A stretch of 64,000 bases of DNA from an uncultured Acidobacteriota bacterium (GCA_963813155.1 CAWEYG010000001.1:480001-544000); one strand, 5' to 3'. Numbered from the stretch's first letter, positions 9,940 to 19,331 are shown. The notes: generated from the letters alone by a model not told the origin. Program-made: numbers and translations.

Positions 9940-10478
9940 GGGCTTCGCTTGGCCCGATTGGCGGCCCCAGCCCGCAGCGGCGCTCGGCAGTTCCTCGCTC
10001 GCCGAAAAGAACTCGCCCATCGGGCTTCACCTCGGCAACCGCTCACCGAGGGGGGCTTCGGGGACTTCGAGCGAACACATCCGCTCACATGCGACTCTGG
10101 GGCTTTGCAACGACTCCGCGCCGCGAGCGGCAAAAGGGGGTGCCCCGCGCCACCCGCGACTTCTTGCGCCGGCGTGTTGGAGCCCCGACCCTCGCGGGTC
10201 GTTGCGGGCTCAGGAGATGGGGCTCCAACTCCGCGGGAGGAGGGTCGCGAGAGAGGGAATCGGTTGTCTGAGGCGCCGTCTCGTGCGCCGACCCAAGGTG
10301 GAAGCTCGAAGACCGAAGAGCGCGAAACCGGGAAAGCCGTCCCTGTTCACACTGCAGCGGTCGGCGCAAGGCGACGAGTTCCGATTCCCGAAGGAGCGAC
10401 CGCCTCCCGCGCGCTCCGTCGACGGAGGCACCGAAGACTCCGCCAGGGGCTTCAGTCGCTCTCGGGCCGAGCGAACCC
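9940..10478 (+). repeat. Structured intergenic element with terminal inverted repeats, copy C (longest)
   Basis: GGGCTTCGCTTGGCCCGA ... TCGGGCCGAGCGAACCC; shares GGCTTTGC.ACGACTCC..GCCGCGAGCGGCAAAAGGGG and the 3' arm with copy B; unique hairpin-rich middle. Confidence 0.8.
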
Positions 10479-10522
10479 TTCGTTTCGATTCGAGAATTCT
10501 ACCGCCGCGCCGCGTCAACCGG

Positions 10523-10978
10523 CTAGCGGCGAGTCGCGTCAACACGAAGAATGAGGTCGTCGACGAGCGGGTTTCGCGCAAACCGCAGGAATCGCACCGG
10601 CGGCGCGAACACGATCCGATCGCCGAGGGCGGTCGCCTCCCGCAACGTCAGCGTCATGAGCGGCGGATTCGTGAACCGCTCGTAGCTGATGTTGACGATC
10701 TGCGCGAGCAGGACGTGGGCCTCCTCGCCGCCCTTCTTCACGATCAGCTCGCTTCCCGCGTCCCAGACTTCGTCGGCGAGCGGGGCGATGAGCCATCGGT
10801 AGAGAAAAGCGCCGAGCAGCGCGACCGGCCCCAACACGCTCCACACGATGGCGCGGCTGCCCGGCTTCGGGTGGCGATCCGCGAACACCGCGATCGCCAC
10901 GACCACGAGCGTCCCGAAGTACAGCACGGGAAACATCTTCTTCAGGAACCAAGTCTGGCGAGACGAGATGAGCTTCAT
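10523..10978 (-). CDS. Hypothetical membrane protein (2 TM)
   Basis: ORF with two hydrophobic segments; LADEVWD.G motif. Confidence 0.7.
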   Translation of the reverse strand: MKLISSRQTWFLKKMFPVLYFGTLVVVAIAVFADRHPKPGSRAIVWSVLGPVALLGAFLYRWLIAPLADEVWDAGSELIVKKGGEEAHVLLAQIVNISYERFTNPPLMTLTLREATALGDRIVFAPPVRFLRFARNPLVDDLILRVDATRR

Positions 10979-11042
10979 GCAGTCGCCGTATTATCCCTTC
11001 TCTCGCACACGAGGCCACCCTCCTGTATTCTCTGGAGACATC

Positions 11043-11492
11043 ATGCCGCCGCTCGACGAGAAGCCGTTTCGATCCCCGGGCGAGTCCGACGAGCCCTCGC
11101 AGGTGCACGTCCAGATGAGCCAGCCGCGCGTGCGGCCCCACGTCGCTCCGGCCGCCGGAAAAACGGGAGCCCTGACGAAGGCGGACTACGTGACGAGCTT
11201 CCTCGTCGCCTGGCAGCCCACTCCGACGCCCCCGGCCCACTGGGTCGAGCTCCTGCGGCAGGCCCCGTTCGGCACGCAGACGATCCGCGCGCGCGACCTG
11301 CACTGGGACGGCCGCTATTTTTCGATCGAGCTTCCCAACGAAGGGGACATCGAGGCCTTCAGCATCGAGATGCCCGACTGGGTGGCCTTCGCGAACGCCG
11401 AGTTCGGCCGCCGCGAGCACACTCCCGCCGAAGAGGCGCTCGCGGAGGCGCAGAAGCGCGCGCAGGAGCTGGAAAACCGATTGCGGCGCTAG
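11043..11492 (+). CDS. Hypothetical protein
   Basis: GGAG RBS before ATG 11043; genome-typical codon usage; C-terminal coiled coil. Confidence 0.6.
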   Translation: MPPLDEKPFRSPGESDEPSQVHVQMSQPRVRPHVAPAAGKTGALTKADYVTSFLVAWQPTPTPPAHWVELLRQAPFGTQTIRARDLHWDGRYFSIELPNEGDIEAFSIEMPDWVAFANAEFGRREHTPAEEALAEAQKRAQELENRLRR

Positions 11493-11504
11493 CGAGCCCT
11501 GAAC

Positions 11505-11696
11505 CTAATCGTTTCGCGAACGAAATGCCCAGAGCGCGAGAAGCGCGGCGACGACGGTCGCGACCCACGAGGTCCAGATCGGAATGCGGTGGAGGCCGAG
11601 ATAGACATTCATTCCCCGAAGCGCCCTCACGGCGTGCCCCGCCGCGACCAGGAGAAACACCAACCCCGAGACAACCGGATAAGCGCTCTTTTTCAT
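11505..11696 (-). CDS. Small 2-TM membrane protein
   Basis: MKKSAYPVVSGLVFLLVAAGHAVR...IPIWTSWVA. Confidence 0.65.
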   Translation of the reverse strand: MKKSAYPVVSGLVFLLVAAGHAVRALRGMNVYLGLHRIPIWTSWVATVVAALLALWAFRSRND

Positions 11697-11812
11697 AGTG
11701 CGAGCATCATATCCGGGTGGATGCGGCCAAGATCGTTTCCCTTCTTTGGCTTGCCCAGGATTCTATGCCTCTCCCGCGTGGGCAGTGAGCAAGCCCTCGT
11801 TGGGCCAAGTCC

Positions 11813-12132
11813 TCATCGCCCCGATTCCCCGATCGCTTTCCCAAGCTCTCGCGCAGTCGCGCCGAGGGTGAACAGCGACCGAACCAGCAGATCCATCGAG
11901 ACCGACCGGTCAGCCGCTTCCATCTTCGCCACGCGCGACTGGCTCGAATGTAGCCGCTTCGCAAACGCGGCCTGCGAGAGCCGATGATGGATTCGGGTGT
12001 CACGAAGTAAGCGGCTTAGGGTCAGCTTGAGCTCGATCAGGGCCTCCTCTGCCTGACTCAGCCCGAGGAACTCCGCTGCCGTGCCGACCTTCCAGCCGGC
12101 CGCGGCCAGCCCAGTCGCCTCGCAGTTCTCAT
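11813..12132 (-). CDS. XRE-family HTH antitoxin-like regulator (one frameshift near the 5' end)
   Basis: Manual translation MRTARRL/LAAAGWKVGTAAEFLGLSQAEEALIELKL...LSQAAFAKRLHSSQSRVAKMEAADRSVSMDLLVRSL; missed by the ORF track. Confidence 0.75.
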
Positions 12133-12142
12133 TCGCTCAGTA

Positions 12143-12160
12143 TATGTCACTTCTGACATA
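12143..12160. promoter_or_regulatory. Palindromic operator upstream of the HTH gene
   Basis: Perfect inverted repeat TATGTCA-CTTC-TGACATA about 10 bp upstream of the start codon. Confidence 0.65.
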
Positions 12161-12168
12161 ACACCCAT

Positions 12169-12213
12169 CCCTCTCCACCTGGAGAGGGGGGACCGCCGCA
12201 GCGGTGGGTGAGG
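12169..12213 (+). repeat. CCCTCTCC-type REP-like hairpin
   Basis: CCCTCTCCACCTGGAGAGGG..CCGCCGCAGCGGTGGGTGAGG; related copies at 15692 and 49364. Confidence 0.75.
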
Positions 12214-12231
12214 TGGAAACTGCGACCCAGG

Positions 12232-13276
12232 GCGATTCTTTGATTTCACAAACGAAGTGCAACACCTTCTGATGGGGGTGCTGCGATGGGGCGCCAATAC
12301 GGGCAGCTTGGGATCCAGGAACGGTGTGAGATTGCCCGGCGTCGCTGCGCCGGGCAATCGATCCGGCAAATCGCGGCAGGTCTGGATCGCGCGCCATCGA
12401 GCGTTGCTCGGGAGCTGAAGCGCAACAGCACGACGTCGGGCGGGTATCAGCCCGTTTACGCCGGTCAACAGGCCAAGGCACGGCGCTGGACCGGCAGCAA
12501 ACTGTTGCGTCGGCCCGACCTCCAGGCTCTGGTCTTGGACCGCCTCAGTCAGGGATGGTCGCCGCAGGAGGTCGCCGGCAGGCTCGCGCGCGAAGAAGGC
12601 CGGCCGGTTGTCAGTCATGAAACCATTTATCGCTTCATCGCCGCTCAGATCGCTCGCACCAAGGATTACTCCTGGCGGCTCTACCTCCCCCGCGGCAAGA
12701 GCAAGCGCGGCCGACGCTCCCCAAAACACGGCAACTCGACCGTGCACATCCAAAACCGTGTCCCCATTGCTCTGCGACCCCCAGAAGCCAGTGACCGAAC
12801 CAACCCTGGCCATTGGGAGGCCGATCTCATGCTCTTTGCCACCTATGGGCAGGCCGTCTTGGCCCTTCACGAACGTACTTCTTGACTGACGGTTATCCTG
12901 CGTCAACAAAGCAAGGCCGCCGCACCTCTTGTCTCTACCATCGAAAATCTTCTGCGACCTCTTCCCCCGTCCCTGCGCCGCACCGTGACCTTCGACAACG
13001 GAACCGAGTTCGCTTTCCATCACCGCCTGGGGAAAACCCTCGGAGTCGAAACATTCTTTTGCGATCCACGGTCTCCTTGGCAGAAGGGCGGAGTCGAAAA
13101 TGCCATCGGCCGGCTTCGTCGCTTCCTCCCCCGAAAAACCGACCTGGCAGTCCTTCCCACGAGCCAAATCCTCCGCCTTGCCCAACTCTACAATCACACA
13201 CCTAGGAAATGCCTTGACTTCCAAACCCCGGCCGAGGTCTTCTCTCATCTGTTGCACTTCAAATGTGAATCCACCT
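12232..13276 (+). mobile_element. IS30 family insertion sequence, copy 1
   Basis: Matches 15771..16815 with only one difference seen; imperfect IRs TTTCACAAACGAAGTGCAACA / TGTTGCACTTCAAATGTGAAT; exact ends uncertain. Confidence 0.9.
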
Positions 13277-13296
13277 CCCCGCGTTCGCGGGAATGA
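12286..13296 (+). pseudogene. IS30 transposase interrupted by a nonsense codon (CGA>TGA at 12883-12885)
   Basis: Same protein as 15825..16835 but stops at HERTS*. Confidence 0.85.
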
Positions 13297-13297
13297 C
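13277..13297 (+). repeat. GGGAATGAC-type REP half abutting the IS right end
   Basis: CCCCGCGTTCGCGGGAATGAC hairpin; variant TCCCGCGTGCGCGGGAATGAC after copy 2. Confidence 0.65.
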
Positions 13298-13358
13298 GGG
13301 GCTGGGCGCGCCGGGGAGGGGTCGGCGTATCGTCGATTTGGTAGACTTTCTTGCGCAA

Positions 13359-15072
13359 ATGTCCTTTCCACGGGCGGCGATTCTCGTGCTCGGCCTCGCC
13401 CCGTTCTTCGGAGCGCGGCCTGCCGCGGCCGCGCCTTCCCGCGACCCGCGGGAATTCGCCGTCGATCGGCTGCCGGCGGACTTCTCCGGAACGTGGGAGA
13501 TCTTGTTCGACGACGGCCGCTGGCGTCCCGTGACGATCCCCGGAACCTGGCAGGAGAGCGGCTATCCGAACCACGGCTTCGCGTGGCTGCGCGTTCGGTT
13601 TCGGGTTTCGTCCGGCGCCGCTGAGCAGGCGCTCGCGCTGGCCTCGACGCAGATCCGCGACGCCGAGGAAGTTTTCCTCGACGGACGCCGGATCGGCGGC
13701 GCGGGCGGCTTTCCACCCGTCTACGCGAAGGCCACGCTGCTCGATCGCGTCTACCCGCTGCCGGTCACCCTCGGCGCCGGACCGCATGTCCTGTCTTTCC
13801 GAATCTACAACGCCGGGCCGCGCGGCGGCGGAATCACCGGAGTGCCGAGAATCGAGCGGCTCGAGGATGCGCTCGGGCGCCGGTCCGGCCGCGACTTGTT
13901 CCGGTTGCTCCTCGCCTCGTCGATCGGCGCGATCGGCCTCGTCGCTCTGATTTTCTATCTGCGCGACCGCCGCCAGCGCGAGCTCTTGTTCTTCTTTTTC
14001 TACGCCCTCTCGATCTCCGCCTACCAGCTCACCTGGCTCTCCGCGTGGAGCCAGGCGCGATCGCCGGTCTGCTGGCAGTTCCGGCTGAACATGTTTTTCA
14101 TCTTCGTCATTCTCGGGTTCTACATCGTCTTCAACCTCCGCGTGTTCGGCCGGGCCTTTCGGCGGCGGCACGTGGCGGCTCTCGCCGTGATCGCCACGCT
14201 GTCCGCGCTGACGCTCGCCTGGCCTCGCGTGGACGATCTCTACGTTTTTCTCGCGGTCGACGAGATCGTGTTCGTCCTCGTCGCGGTCGAAATGCTGACG
14301 AACCTCGTCCAGGACACCCGCCGCCGAATTCCGTACGCCGCGCCGGTTCTGGCCGGCACGGTCGTCTGCGTCTTCGGCGCGGGCTACGACATTCTGCAGG
14401 ACATGGGGCTCCTGGGAGATCCCGCCGGGACGTTCCGGCTGCTCGGCCCCGCGATCCTGGTCTTCACCCTGGTCTACCTGTGGGTCATGGCCGACCGATT
14501 CGCGTGGGCGAACCAGGCCGCGGTCGACCGACCCGCTGACCGGACTGCCGAATCGCAATCTCCTGTTCGAGCGGCTGTCGCAGGAGCTTTCCCGGTCCCG
14601 GCGGACGGGTCAGCCGTGCGCGCTCGCGATCCTCGATCTCGACAATTTCAAGGCTTTCAACGACCGCTTCGGCCACCTCGCGGGCGACCAGTTCCTGCGG
14701 GTCGTCGCCAACGCGATCCAACGGGCGACGAGGGACACCGATCTCGTCGCCCGCTACGGCGGCGAGGAGTTCGTGATCGTGCTGCCGGGGAGCGACCGCG
14801 AGATCGCAACGCGTTGCCTCGAGAGGATCCGCTTCGAAGTCGCGCAGACGCGCCTCGGGTCCGACTCCGAGACGCGCACCGCCTCGATCGGCGCTGTCAT
14901 CTACGATCCCGTTTCGCAGCCCTCGATCGGGATGTTGCCGCTGCTCCGAAACGCCGACGCGGCGCTGTATTCCGCCAAGGCCGAGGGCCGCAACCGCCTC
15001 GTGCTCGTCAAGGGCCCGCTGCGCGAAACCATCTCCGGTCCCACGCCGATCCCGAAGCTTCGCACGCGCTGA
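13359..15072 (+). CDS. Membrane sensor diguanylate cyclase (extracellular sugar-binding jelly-roll + multi-TM + GGDEF), frameshift near 14530
   Basis: WRPVTIPGTW..GY...GFAWLR..F (GH2-type sugar-binding motif); about 7 TM; shifted frame TDPLTGLPNR, DLDNFKAFNDRFGHLAGD, ARYGGEEF, ADAALYSAK.EGRNR. Confidence 0.85.
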
Positions 15073-15088
15073 CTTCTCCGAGCTCCCG

Positions 15089-15131
15089 AAAAAAGAAGCC
15101 GGGCTCCCGGTCATCCAACCGGGGGCCCGGC
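15089..15131 (-). terminator. Rho-independent terminator
   Basis: GCCGGGCCCCCGG/CCGGGAGCCCGGC stem followed by TTCTTTTTT on the minus strand, between convergent genes. Confidence 0.7.
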
Positions 15132-15141
15132 GGGAAGGAGA

Positions 15142-15400
15142 TTACCGCTTCGAAGAAGCGGGGGCCGCGGCCGGCTTCGCGGCCGGGCGTTTGGAAACGC
15201 TCCGGCGGTGACGGCGCGTCGACCTCTTCACCGCGGGCTTCGGGCTCGGCGGTGCTGGCGGTGTTTTGTCCGGACGTCGCGTTGGCAGACGGCGCCGGGG
15301 TCGCCTTGGCGGACGACGGCGAGGCCGCCGGGCTGGCGGCGAAGACCGCTGCCGACAGGGACAGGATCCCCGAGGCGGCGAGAGCTGCGAGTTTCTTCAT
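15142..15400 (-). CDS. Small secreted low-complexity Ala/Ser/Pro/basic protein (Asr-like); probable frameshift near 15235
   Basis: MKKLAALAASGILSLSAAVFA signal; shifted frame gives VKRSTRRHRRSVSKRPAAKPAAAPASSKR* ending just before the terminator. Confidence 0.55.
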
Positions 15401-15691
15401 GACCTTGTTACTCCCCTGTCTCCCGTTGGGTTGTCGAGGTGGGAGACTCCGTAAGACCTCGCCAACCCCTATTGGAACTCTCGTGCCACGCGTCGCCAGA
15501 AGCCAAGCTCAACGGCGCGCGGCACTTCGCAAAGGCGGGGTTTTTTGGAGCCGGCGAAATCTGAACGAATTCGTCTATCCCAGTTCGACGTCTTCGTGTT
15601 TTTCGATTTGGGAAGAATCTATTCCCGGATTTCGATCTTCCCCGACCTGCAAGCGGGGAGGGGCGGCGCACATGAAGCCTTCTTCCGATTT

Positions 15692-15734
15692 CCCTCTCCC
15701 GGCGGGAGAGGGTGCCGCGCAGCGGCGGGTGAGG
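15692..15734 (+). repeat. CCCTCTCC-type REP-like hairpin
   Basis: CCCTCTCCCGGCGGGAGAGGGTGCCGCGCAGCGGCGGGTGAGG. Confidence 0.75.
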
Positions 15735-15770
15735 GAAGGAGCGCCGGGGTGGGGTCAAAGCTCGACCCGA

Positions 15771-16815
15771 GCGATTCTTTGATTTCACAAACGAAGTGCA
15801 ACACCTTCTGATGGGGGTGCTGCGATGGGGCGCCAATACGGGCAGCTTGGGATCCAGGAACGGTGTGAGATTGCCCGGCGTCGCTGCGCCGGGCAATCGA
15901 TCCGGCAAATCGCGGCAGGTCTGGATCGCGCGCCATCGAGCGTTGCTCGGGAGCTGAAGCGCAACAGCACGACGTCGGGCGGGTATCAGCCCGTTTACGC
16001 CGGTCAACAGGCCAAGGCACGGCGCTGGACCGGCAGCAAACTGTTGCGTCGGCCCGACCTCCAGGCTCTGGTCTTGGACCGCCTCAGTCAGGGATGGTCG
16101 CCGCAGGAGGTCGCCGGCAGGCTCGCGCGCGAAGAAGGCCGGCCGGTTGTCAGTCATGAAACCATTTATCGCTTCATCGCCGCTCAGATCGCTCGCACCA
16201 AGGATTACTCCTGGCGGCTCTACCTCCCCCGCGGCAAGAGCAAGCGCGGCCGACGCTCCCCAAAACACGGCAACTCGACCGTGCACATCCAAAACCGTGT
16301 CCCCATTGCTCTGCGACCCCCAGAAGCCAGTGACCGAACCAACCCTGGCCATTGGGAGGCCGATCTCATGCTCTTTGCCACCTATGGGCAGGCCGTCTTG
16401 GCCCTTCACGAACGTACTTCTCGACTGACGGTTATCCTGCGTCAACAAAGCAAGGCCGCCGCACCTCTTGTCTCTACCATCGAAAATCTTCTGCGACCTC
16501 TTCCCCCGTCCCTGCGCCGCACCGTGACCTTCGACAACGGAACCGAGTTCGCTTTCCATCACCGCCTGGGGAAAACCCTCGGAGTCGAAACATTCTTTTG
16601 CGATCCACGGTCTCCTTGGCAGAAGGGCGGAGTCGAAAATGCCATCGGCCGGCTTCGTCGCTTCCTCCCCCGAAAAACCGACCTGGCAGTCCTTCCCACG
16701 AGCCAAATCCTCCGCCTTGCCCAACTCTACAATCACACACCTAGGAAATGCCTTGACTTCCAAACCCCGGCCGAGGTCTTCTCTCATCTGTTGCACTTCA
16801 AATGTGAATCCACCT
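15771..16815 (+). mobile_element. IS30 family insertion sequence, copy 2
   Basis: Direct repeat of copy 1 at offset 3539 bp; intact transposase. Confidence 0.92.
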
Positions 16816-16835
16816 TCCCGCGTGCGCGGGAATGA
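15825..16835 (+). CDS. IS30 family transposase
   Basis: HTH SIRQIA..L.R.PSSVARELKRN; GHWEADL, TFDNGTEF, PWQKGGVEN, N.TPRKCLDFQTP (DDE). Confidence 0.95.
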   Translation: MGRQYGQLGIQERCEIARRRCAGQSIRQIAAGLDRAPSSVARELKRNSTTSGGYQPVYAGQQAKARRWTGSKLLRRPDLQALVLDRLSQGWSPQEVAGRLAREEGRPVVSHETIYRFIAAQIARTKDYSWRLYLPRGKSKRGRRSPKHGNSTVHIQNRVPIALRPPEASDRTNPGHWEADLMLFATYGQAVLALHERTSRLTVILRQQSKAAAPLVSTIENLLRPLPPSLRRTVTFDNGTEFAFHHRLGKTLGVETFFCDPRSPWQKGGVENAIGRLRRFLPRKTDLAVLPTSQILRLAQLYNHTPRKCLDFQTPAEVFSHLLHFKCESTFPRARE

Positions 16836-16866
16836 CTCGGGCGACGGAATCCAGCGGTCAGCCCGC

Positions 16867-18490
16867 TTAATTCGGTTCCCTTCCCGTCGGCGGCCGCAGA
16901 GCGAGGAGCTGGCGGTTCAACGACCACGCGACGACGCGTGGCCTGCCCGGCCCCGGCGGATTCGGGAAGGGCAGGTACGCCTCGAGCCCCTCGCCGAACG
17001 GAACGACGCGGCCCGGAAGTCCCGCCCGCCCCGCCCACGACGAAACGAGGCCCGGTTCCCAGGCGACGAGCGCGAACGGCGCGGGCTCCGCCGGCAGGAA
17101 GGCCCCGTAGCTCCCTTCGTCCGCATAGGCCGGAACCGCGCGGATTTTTTCGAGGGACAGAAAATTGATTCCGTAGACGTCCCAGTAGTCTCCGACGACG
17201 TAAACGACGTTCTCCCGCCGGAGAAAATCGAGGAGGCGGGTTTCCGCGCCGAGCGCGCGGACCCGCTCCGGCTCGAACGCCGGATAGCCGGCGTTCGCGA
17301 GGGTGTACGCCGGCCAGACCGCGAAAAGCGCGACTGCCCACCCGGCCCGGACGCGCTCCGAGACGGCCGAAGAGATTCGCGAGGAGAATCGGCGTCGCGA
17401 GCGCGACCGGGAGCGCGTAGCGCACCGTCGCGCCCCGGACGCCGCCCGTCCACGAAAAGACGTTTGCTGCCGCCGTGGCCGCGACGATCAGCGCGGGCAG
17501 CAGGTCTTCCCACGGAGAGGCTTCGCGCAAATGCGAGATCTCTCGACCGCGAAAGAGGCGCCACAGACAGAACCCCGCCGCGAGAGCGAGCTCGACGAGG
17601 AGCAAGCCGCCGAGGACCGCGTTGGCGCCCGGCCCGACGCGCCGTGCATTCGAGACGCGCCCATGCGCGAGCGAGGCGCGGCCGAGCGCGAGCTCCACGA
17701 GGTCGTACGCCGCGAAATGCCGGGCGTTGTCCGCGATTTGCGCGAGGCCCCCCGCGGGCGCGATCGGATACTGACTCGAACGGAAGGTGGCCAGCGGATG
17801 CATGGCGTTGTAGGCGAGGAACGGCAGCGCTCCCAGGAGGAACCCGGCGGCGATTCGAGGAGCGGCCCGCGGGCCGCCGCGGCGCCGGCGCGCCTGAAAC
17901 CCGATCCAGATCAGCGCGGGGACCGTCACGGTCAGGCTCAGGAGATTGTTCCAGAGCCCGAGGCCGGCGCAGAGGCCGGTCAGCCAGGCCGAGAGGACGA
18001 CCGTCTTTCCGCCGACCACGCGGGCGGCGAACGCGAGCGTGGCGGCGCCCAGGAACATCAGGACGTCATAGCCGGTGGGCCGCGCGCAGACGTCGGTCAC
18101 GGCCAGGAGGGGAATCGCGGCGAGCGCAGCGGCGAAAGCCGCGCGGCGCCCGGGCAGAAGCTCCTTCGCGAACAACGCGTAGGCCGCGACGAATCCCACG
18201 CCCGCCGCGAACGGGGCGACGAGCAGCGCTCCGGACGAAATTCCGAAAATCCGGAACACGGCCGCGTGGAAGTAGCCTTCGAGCGCACCGAGCCGCACAC
18301 CGGAATAGAAGACAGGGTGGTGGCCGCGCAGGACCTTGAACGCCGTCAACCCCGTCATGACGGAGTCAGATTCCCCGCGGAGCCTCGCCACGGGCAACGC
18401 GAGCGCCACGCGGAACGCGGCGCCTGCCGCGACGAGGACGGCCAAAGCGAGGTTCTCGCGGAGCCGGAAGAACGACAATCGCTCTTCCAT
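16867..18490 (-). CDS. GT-C fold membrane glycosyltransferase-like protein (PMT/ArnT-like), frameshift near 17310
   Basis: ESDSVMTGL.A..VL.G.HPVFY.G..LGALEGY, many TM helices; C-terminal GDYWDVY.INF in shifted frame. Confidence 0.65.
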
Positions 18491-18498
18491 CGAAATTC

Positions 18499-18930
18499 CT
18501 AGCGTCCCCGCGCCGCCTCGCCGCGGAGCACGAGGCAGGTGCTCGTCGCGAAGGCGACGAGCGAGCCGCCTTCGTCGCGGACGTCGCACTGCAGCAGCAC
18601 GACCTTGCGCCCCGCCTTCTTGACTTCTCCGCGCGCGGTGAGCCGGCCGCTCCAGACCGGCTTCGTGAAGTTCACTTTGAGCTCGATCGTCGTGAACGAC
18701 TCCTCTTCTTCGAGCGTCGAATAGCAGGCGACCCCCATCGCGAGGTCGGCGAGATCGCACAACACCCCGCCGTGCACGGTCCCCATCGTGTTCGCGTGCC
18801 GGGCGTCGGCGTGAAGCTCCAGGAGCGCGATTCCCTCGTCGAAGGAGATCACGCGCATGCCGATGAGCTTCGCTACCGGCGGCGCGAGCTCCGGCAGGTC
18901 GTGGAGTCGCATTTTCTCGATGTTCTTCAT
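18499..18930 (-). CDS. PaaI family thioesterase
   Basis: NTMGTVHGGVLCDLAD, TTIELKVNF. Confidence 0.92.
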   Translation of the reverse strand: MKNIEKMRLHDLPELAPPVAKLIGMRVISFDEGIALLELHADARHANTMGTVHGGVLCDLADLAMGVACYSTLEEEESFTTIELKVNFTKPVWSGRLTARGEVKKAGRKVVLLQCDVRDEGGSLVAFATSTCLVLRGEAARGR

Positions 18931-19043
18931 CCGGCGCCGCAAATCTACCTCACCGAACGCAGAGGAAGCGCGCAGAAGGGCCTCCGGGCGCTGACGCTCC
19001 GGCCGTCCTCGTTCGTGTCATCATCGGGCGAGAGGAGGTCCCC

Positions 19044-19313
19044 ATGGACGACCGTCCCTGCCCGCACCTCGCCGCCGTGGAGACCGTGCGGCACGCCAAA
19101 CGCCGGGAATGCGAGGAATGCGTGAAGATCGGCGCGCAGTGGGTCCACCTGCGCACGTGCCAGCAGTGCGGCGCGACGCTGTGCTGCGACTCCTCGCCGA
19201 ACCAGCACGCGAGCAAACACGCGAAAGCGACCGGCCACCCGGTGATTGCCTCGGCGCAGCCCGGCGAGCGGTGGCTCTATTGCTACCCGGACGACGCGAT
19301 GGCGGAGTACTGA
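19044..19313 (+). CDS. UBP-type zinc finger protein
   Basis: CPHL, CEEC...WVHLRTC..CG...CCDSSPNQHASKH, W.YCYPD. Confidence 0.92.
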   Translation: MDDRPCPHLAAVETVRHAKRRECEECVKIGAQWVHLRTCQQCGATLCCDSSPNQHASKHAKATGHPVIASAQPGERWLYCYPDDAMAEY

Positions 19314-19331
19314 GGCGGATCCCCGCGGCGG

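Noticed and set aside
7940-10478. Repeat elements as a CRISPR array or integron attC sites
   Set aside because: No regularly spaced short direct repeats, no cas or intI gene, and no consistent RYYYAAC/GTTRRRY ends.
12883-12885. In-frame TGA in IS30 copy 1 as selenocysteine or programmed readthrough
   Set aside because: The intact copy has Arg (CGA) here, not Cys; a nonsense mutation or base-call error is the simple explanation.
15408-16796. 462-aa antisense ORF across IS30 (also 12058..13716)
   Set aside because: Reverse-frame shadow of the transposase with no recognisable domain; its presence in both copies only reflects their identity.
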